A stretch of DNA of 64,000 bases from Saccharofermentanales bacterium (GTDB lineage: Bacteria; Bacillota; Clostridia; Saccharofermentanales; DTU023), in contig JBMNTB010000004.1 of the NCBI GenBank assembly GCA_050945515.1, positions 2,113 through 66,112 on the forward strand. The letters are read 5' to 3'. The notes beneath the pieces were generated by a model, which was not told the DNA's origin, did no database searches, and worked only from the letters and a program-made list of their open reading frames with translations. The translations under genes were made by a program, and so were the position numbers. Shown one piece after another: positions 60,188-64,000 of this stretch. The first letter of the stretch is position 1. Every line of letters starts with the position of its first letter.

Positions 60188-61007
60188 TCACCCCGCTGTA
60201 GATCTCGATCATCTCTTTCTGGAGTGCATCGTGAATCTGCAGCCGTCGGCGGGGAGGCAGCTCATAGACATCGGTATTGAAGAGATAATCCTGCAGATTT
60301 ATCTCCTTAACCATCAACTTGGTATGAAATATATTCGACTGATAGACATTGACATCCATCGCATCGTAAGTCTGGAGCGTTTCCGGGTCGATATAGTTTT
60401 GAATCGAAGTCATCGGATGGTCAAGAAAGAGCTTCTTGCCCGTAGTATCGCGCGTAAAACCCCGAACCCGGTAATCAATGGTAATAATATCGGAATCAAA
60501 GCTGGAGATCAGATAATTCAGCGCTTTGAGCGGCGACACCGTACCACAGGTAGAGACATCGATATCCACCCGGAAAGTGGAAATATCCTTATCGGGATGC
60601 CATTCCGGGAAAGTATGCACCGTCACATGGCTTTTATCCAGATGTGCATGAACCATCTCGTGCTCGGGCAGACCCGGACGAGGCGGACAATCGCGTTTCG
60701 TCACCTCGCCCGCATTGCAAGTGATATCGATCAACTGCCTTTCCAGCGGCTGCTCGGCAATCAGTACATTGACCGAGGCACCCTGAGGCTCGTAATCTTG
60801 TTTGGAAATATTGAGGATAAAAGCTCCGATCATCTCGGTGACATGAACTAAAATTGAAGTCAGACGCTCAGAATTATACTGTTCGTCAATATACGCTATA
60901 TAGTCTTTCTGTTCTCGGGCCGTCTTGGCATAACAGATATCATAAATATTGAAACTCAAAGTCTTAGTCAGATTATTAAAACCATATAGTGTCAATTTAT
61001 CTTTCAA
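60174..61007 (-). CDS. speD: S-adenosylmethionine decarboxylase proenzyme (long, E. coli type)
   Basis: [32 protein letters not shown] (cleavage site) and DVSTCG. TTG start with AAGGAG RBS. Confidence 0.93.
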   Translation of the reverse strand: MKDKLTLYGFNNLTKTLSFNIYDICYAKTAREQKDYIAYIDEQYNSERLTSILVHVTEMIGAFILNISKQDYEPQGASVNVLIAEQPLERQLIDITCNAGEVTKRDCPPRPGLPEHEMVHAHLDKSHVTVHTFPEWHPDKDISTFRVDIDVSTCGTVSPLKALNYLISSFDSDIITIDYRVRGFTRDTTGKKLFLDHPMTSIQNYIDPETLQTYDAMDVNVYQSNIFHTKLMVKEINLQDYLFNTDVYELPPRRRLQIHDALQKEMIEIYSGVNVYD

Positions 61008-61156
61008 TTTTACTGTCTCCTTAGGTCAAAATTTCCTCCCCCTGATCGTACCGGAATCAGGAATTGAATTGTACGCCATATCAATCGACAATACAAGCGT
61101 TTTGCCTCGTAATTGTATCACAGATCAGCGCACGGAAATATATATTTTGACGAAGG

Positions 61157-62872
61157 CTACAACCGGCAGTCCGGCTTTTCCGAGTAATCGTCAGCGAATT
61201 GATACAAGCTGGCATAATCGTTCAGCAGACTGCGGCGTTCCGCTTGCGTCAGATCCAGAAAGCGCTTGAAATTATGCATGTCCATACGGGCGGCCGAAAA
61301 CAGCAGCTCCGTATACTCTTTCCGGTCAAAACCATATTCCCGTTCCCACCGGTCTATCAGCTTGAAGCCGTAATAGTAGCAGGTAAAATAGCCGAGCATA
61401 TACTCCTGAGCCCGGACTTGTCCGCGAGCCGTATTCCAGTCAAAATCCAGTTCTGAGCAGTATAGCTGCACCACATCCTTGATCGGATGGCCGAAATAGC
61501 GCAGCATTAAATCAGCCTTGATCCGAACTGCGGTATGATGCCTGCGATAGGCCACAAAGAGCGGATAGAACGGATCTTCCGGAAAGACAAAAGTGAACAG
61601 CTCTTCTGAGCGGTGCGGCACTCCCTCCAGAATCGGAGTATAGCGTGCACCGCGCTTCAATGTTTCCGGAAGCGGATCAACAATATTGCGTACAAATTGA
61701 ACATGATGTCCGGGATAAGCCTCATGCACCGTATTTATTTTGATCCAGCCGTCAGTTACAGCACGGTAATTGTAACCGTTGAGGAACATCTCCCCCTGTA
61801 AGGGTCTTTGGCGCCGACAGCCGCCGCCGTAGCCGCCCCAGGGATAGGAATCCTTGAGAGACTCGGAAATATTGACGACAACACAACTTTCCTCCGGCAA
61901 GCGGACAAAATCTTTACAGGCGGCAGCAGTGCGCTTGATATATTCATTACCCCGTTGCAGCATCTCCGCCGCCGCTGCGGCCGGTCCTGCATATTTCAGC
62001 AAAATAGCATTGACATCCGCCATTGAATTGGCCGAAGCTGCCTCGGGAATCCGCAGCTGACCGGCAATTGTCAGCACAGACTGTCTGGTCTTGGCAATTT
62101 CCTCCTCATGCCAGTCCAGTAACTCTGACAAGATAACGCCATGTTGCGACAAAAGATGAGCTGCATAAACCTCAGGATCGAGCTTGAGAATGCTATCTTC
62201 CGTTGTCTGCTCCGGCAGAGCAATTTGTTTTAGCCTCAGTTCCAGTTCTGTCTGCATGGTCTGATTTTGCATCACGAAAGTCCGGAAAGCAGACTGCAAC
62301 CTGCCATATATATTGTGCGCTAAATCAGGCAAATAAAGCTTGAGTTGACCGAGCAGTCGGCTAAAAACCTTGATATTGGCCCGGCAGGCCTCTCTGGCCT
62401 CCAGAAGATAAATCGGCTTCACGGCAGTCAGCCAGGAACATATCGCTTGGAACATATCCGCTGTCCGGCTCAGTTTACCGATCATCAGTTCCGCTTTGAC
62501 CAGATCTTCTCTGCTGTCCTTGGTCAGAAGGAATTCAAATAACTCTCTGAAACTGCCGATCTGTACTGCAGGATTTTCGTATCTGGCCTGCAGATCACTA
62601 GTCTGAGCAGCCAAATAATCCGAGAAATGCGACTTGAGTAAAACGGATACAGGATCCGGCGACTCCAGATGGTCAAGGCAAGCCTGAGCCGACGCTATCT
62701 GTGACTCCACCGCCAGCCTATACTCCTGATCGGGAATGAACAGATCCGCCTCAAAGGCTTCTTCGCCATTTAGCATATCCGCAATAGCGGCCAACTGAAA
62801 ATCGAGCTTGCGATAGTCCTGGATTAAATCTTGCTTCATATTATTCACTATACTTCTCCGGGTCAGCTTCAT
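61157..62872 (-). CDS. DUF885 family protein (putative metallopeptidase)
   Basis: HEAYPGHHVQ motif and C-terminal YFTCYYYG region typical of DUF885. The start is uncertain (62872 or 62839). Confidence 0.75.
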   Translation of the reverse strand: MKLTRRSIVNNMKQDLIQDYRKLDFQLAAIADMLNGEEAFEADLFIPDQEYRLAVESQIASAQACLDHLESPDPVSVLLKSHFSDYLAAQTSDLQARYENPAVQIGSFRELFEFLLTKDSREDLVKAELMIGKLSRTADMFQAICSWLTAVKPIYLLEAREACRANIKVFSRLLGQLKLYLPDLAHNIYGRLQSAFRTFVMQNQTMQTELELRLKQIALPEQTTEDSILKLDPEVYAAHLLSQHGVILSELLDWHEEEIAKTRQSVLTIAGQLRIPEAASANSMADVNAILLKYAGPAAAAAEMLQRGNEYIKRTAAACKDFVRLPEESCVVVNISESLKDSYPWGGYGGGCRRQRPLQGEMFLNGYNYRAVTDGWIKINTVHEAYPGHHVQFVRNIVDPLPETLKRGARYTPILEGVPHRSEELFTFVFPEDPFYPLFVAYRRHHTAVRIKADLMLRYFGHPIKDVVQLYCSELDFDWNTARGQVRAQEYMLGYFTCYYYGFKLIDRWEREYGFDRKEYTELLFSAARMDMHNFKRFLDLTQAERRSLLNDYASLYQFADDYSEKPDCRL

Positions 62873-62998
62873 TATTAGGGATTTTTCTCTCTTGAGTGCT
62901 TCATCTTCAGCATGAACAAGCGTTGCTCCCCCTCCGCACCGTAAATATAATACTTCTGCAGCTGATATTGTCAATGTCAGAGGGGATGCGGCGAATTT

Positions 62999-63151
62999 AT
63001 GACGAGTCGAACAGCTAAGAAGCTGAAGTTTACGCCCACATCCATTTCCGGGGCATCAAGACAGCTTGAAGAAATGGGATTGGTAAAAACGGAAATAAAA
63101 AGACTGGATTTCCGTGCAACGAAAGATATTGCTTTTATCACGATTTCGTGA
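62999..63151 (+). pseudogene. Winged-helix regulator fragment (50 aa)
   Basis: TAKKLKFTPTSISGASRQLEEMGLVKTE resembles a MarR/ArsR-type HTH and wing. No N-terminal part or clear RBS. Confidence 0.3.
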
Positions 63152-63189
63152 TAAGATGTTGGTGAAGAACAACGAGGAAGGTATCAATT

Positions 63190-63445
63190 ATACCTGTATT
63201 AGCAAGGTTTTATGGGATAGTTATTCGCATGGTATTTTCAGCAGGCGGAACATAATCCGCCGCATATACACGCCCTATACGGTGATGATATGGCAGCCGT
63301 TAACATTCAGACAAATGAGATTTTGGAAGGCCACTTGCCGCCCAAAGCCCTGGAGATGGTTCGGGAGAGGGTGCTTATTAATAAGAACGATCTTTTGCAT
63401 ATGTGGGAAACTCAAGAGTTTAAGAAACTTGCCCCGCTTGAATAA
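63190..63445 (+). pseudogene. DUF4160 family (HicA-like toxin) gene, inactivated
   Basis: After GAGGAAGG the start reads ATA instead of ATG (IPVLARFYGIVIRM). An extra G at 63231/63232 shifts the frame; removing it gives YFQQAEHNPPHIHALYG...WETQEFKKLAPLE*. Confidence 0.85.
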
Positions 63446-63457
63446 GGAGTTGATATT

Positions 63458-63901
63458 ATGTTTCACAAGGTAAAAACAATTACTCCTCTTCCGGATTGGC
63501 GCCTTGGTGTTCAATTTGCAGAGGGAGTTAGCAAAATTTATGATATAAAGCCTTTGTTTAACAAATGGCCACAATTCAAAGAATTAAAGGAATCACCCTT
63601 GCTCTTTTATGATGTAGAGGTCGATGTAGGCGGATACGGTATTGTATGGAACGATGAGCTCGATCTTTCCTGTGATGAGCTCTTTGAAAATGGTGAAACA
63701 GTCGAGACACCCTTTGATGGGCTCATGGCATTTACTGACGCGACCGAGCTGTGGGGGCTGAATGAAAGTACACTTCGCAAGGCGATTTCCTATGGGAAAT
63801 TAGTAAACGGAGTGGATGCTTGTAAATTTGGTAAGCAGTGGGTCATCTCTGTGGAGGCCATGAAGCGAGAATACGGCGATCCGAAAACTATTCTTGACTG
63901 A
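63458..63901 (+). CDS. DUF2442 domain protein with C-terminal HTH (antitoxin-like)
   Basis: LGVQFAEG..KIYD...VDVGGYGIVWNDELDL (DUF2442), then DATELWGLNESTLRKAI HTH. It follows the DUF4160 remnant. Confidence 0.85.
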   Translation: MFHKVKTITPLPDWRLGVQFAEGVSKIYDIKPLFNKWPQFKELKESPLLFYDVEVDVGGYGIVWNDELDLSCDELFENGETVETPFDGLMAFTDATELWGLNESTLRKAISYGKLVNGVDACKFGKQWVISVEAMKREYGDPKTILD

Positions 63902-64000
63902 GTTTTTGCATCGTGTAAAAGCTCAGTTAAATGGATCGGTCATGACTATTCCCGATCGCCAAACTGAAATCTGTTTGTTCTGATTATGAATCCACTTCTA

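Noticed and set aside
63114-63473. 119-aa ORF from the track
   Set aside because: It is the out-of-frame shadow of the frameshifted DUF4160 gene and has no family signature.

Overview
Chromosomal window of an anaerobic, selenoprotein-using Firmicute (Clostridia-like; inferred from grd genes, SigI/RsgI, gatCAB and Firmicute-type RBSs). It is mostly metabolism and transport. Contents in order: a partial FAD oxidoreductase, MATE, MFS, a short Zn-ADH, a stand-alone grdX-grdE-grdB module (in-frame UGA = Sec, with SECIS), DUF5320-DUF134 with a 17-bp operator palindrome, sigI-rsgI, and a Phd antitoxin with a truncated toxin. Next come DUF554, a 1106-aa adenylation-ACP-alpha-oxoamine-synthase fusion, D-cysteine desulfhydrase, nuclease-azlCD, a D-Asp-ligase-like ATP-grasp, and an atypical pheS-pheT pair. 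These are followed by an AT-richer accessory block, a divergent peptide ABC system linked to asparaginase and Asp racemase, PatB, HppA, a GGDEF gene flanked by inverted repeats, and a lysine-riboswitch-controlled ABC transporter. The window ends with aspS fused to gatC plus gatAB, trkAAH, speD-speA-speE-speB, DUF885, and a DUF4160 pseudogene with a DUF2442-HTH partner. No rRNA, tRNA, CRISPR array, integrase or transposase was recognised. The best candidates for an undescribed system are (1) the adenylation-ACP-SPT-like fusion, a possible single-polypeptide sphingoid/aminoketone lipid synthase in a Firmicute, and (2) a PheRS whose amino-acid pocket is systematically remodelled while its ATP motifs are intact.
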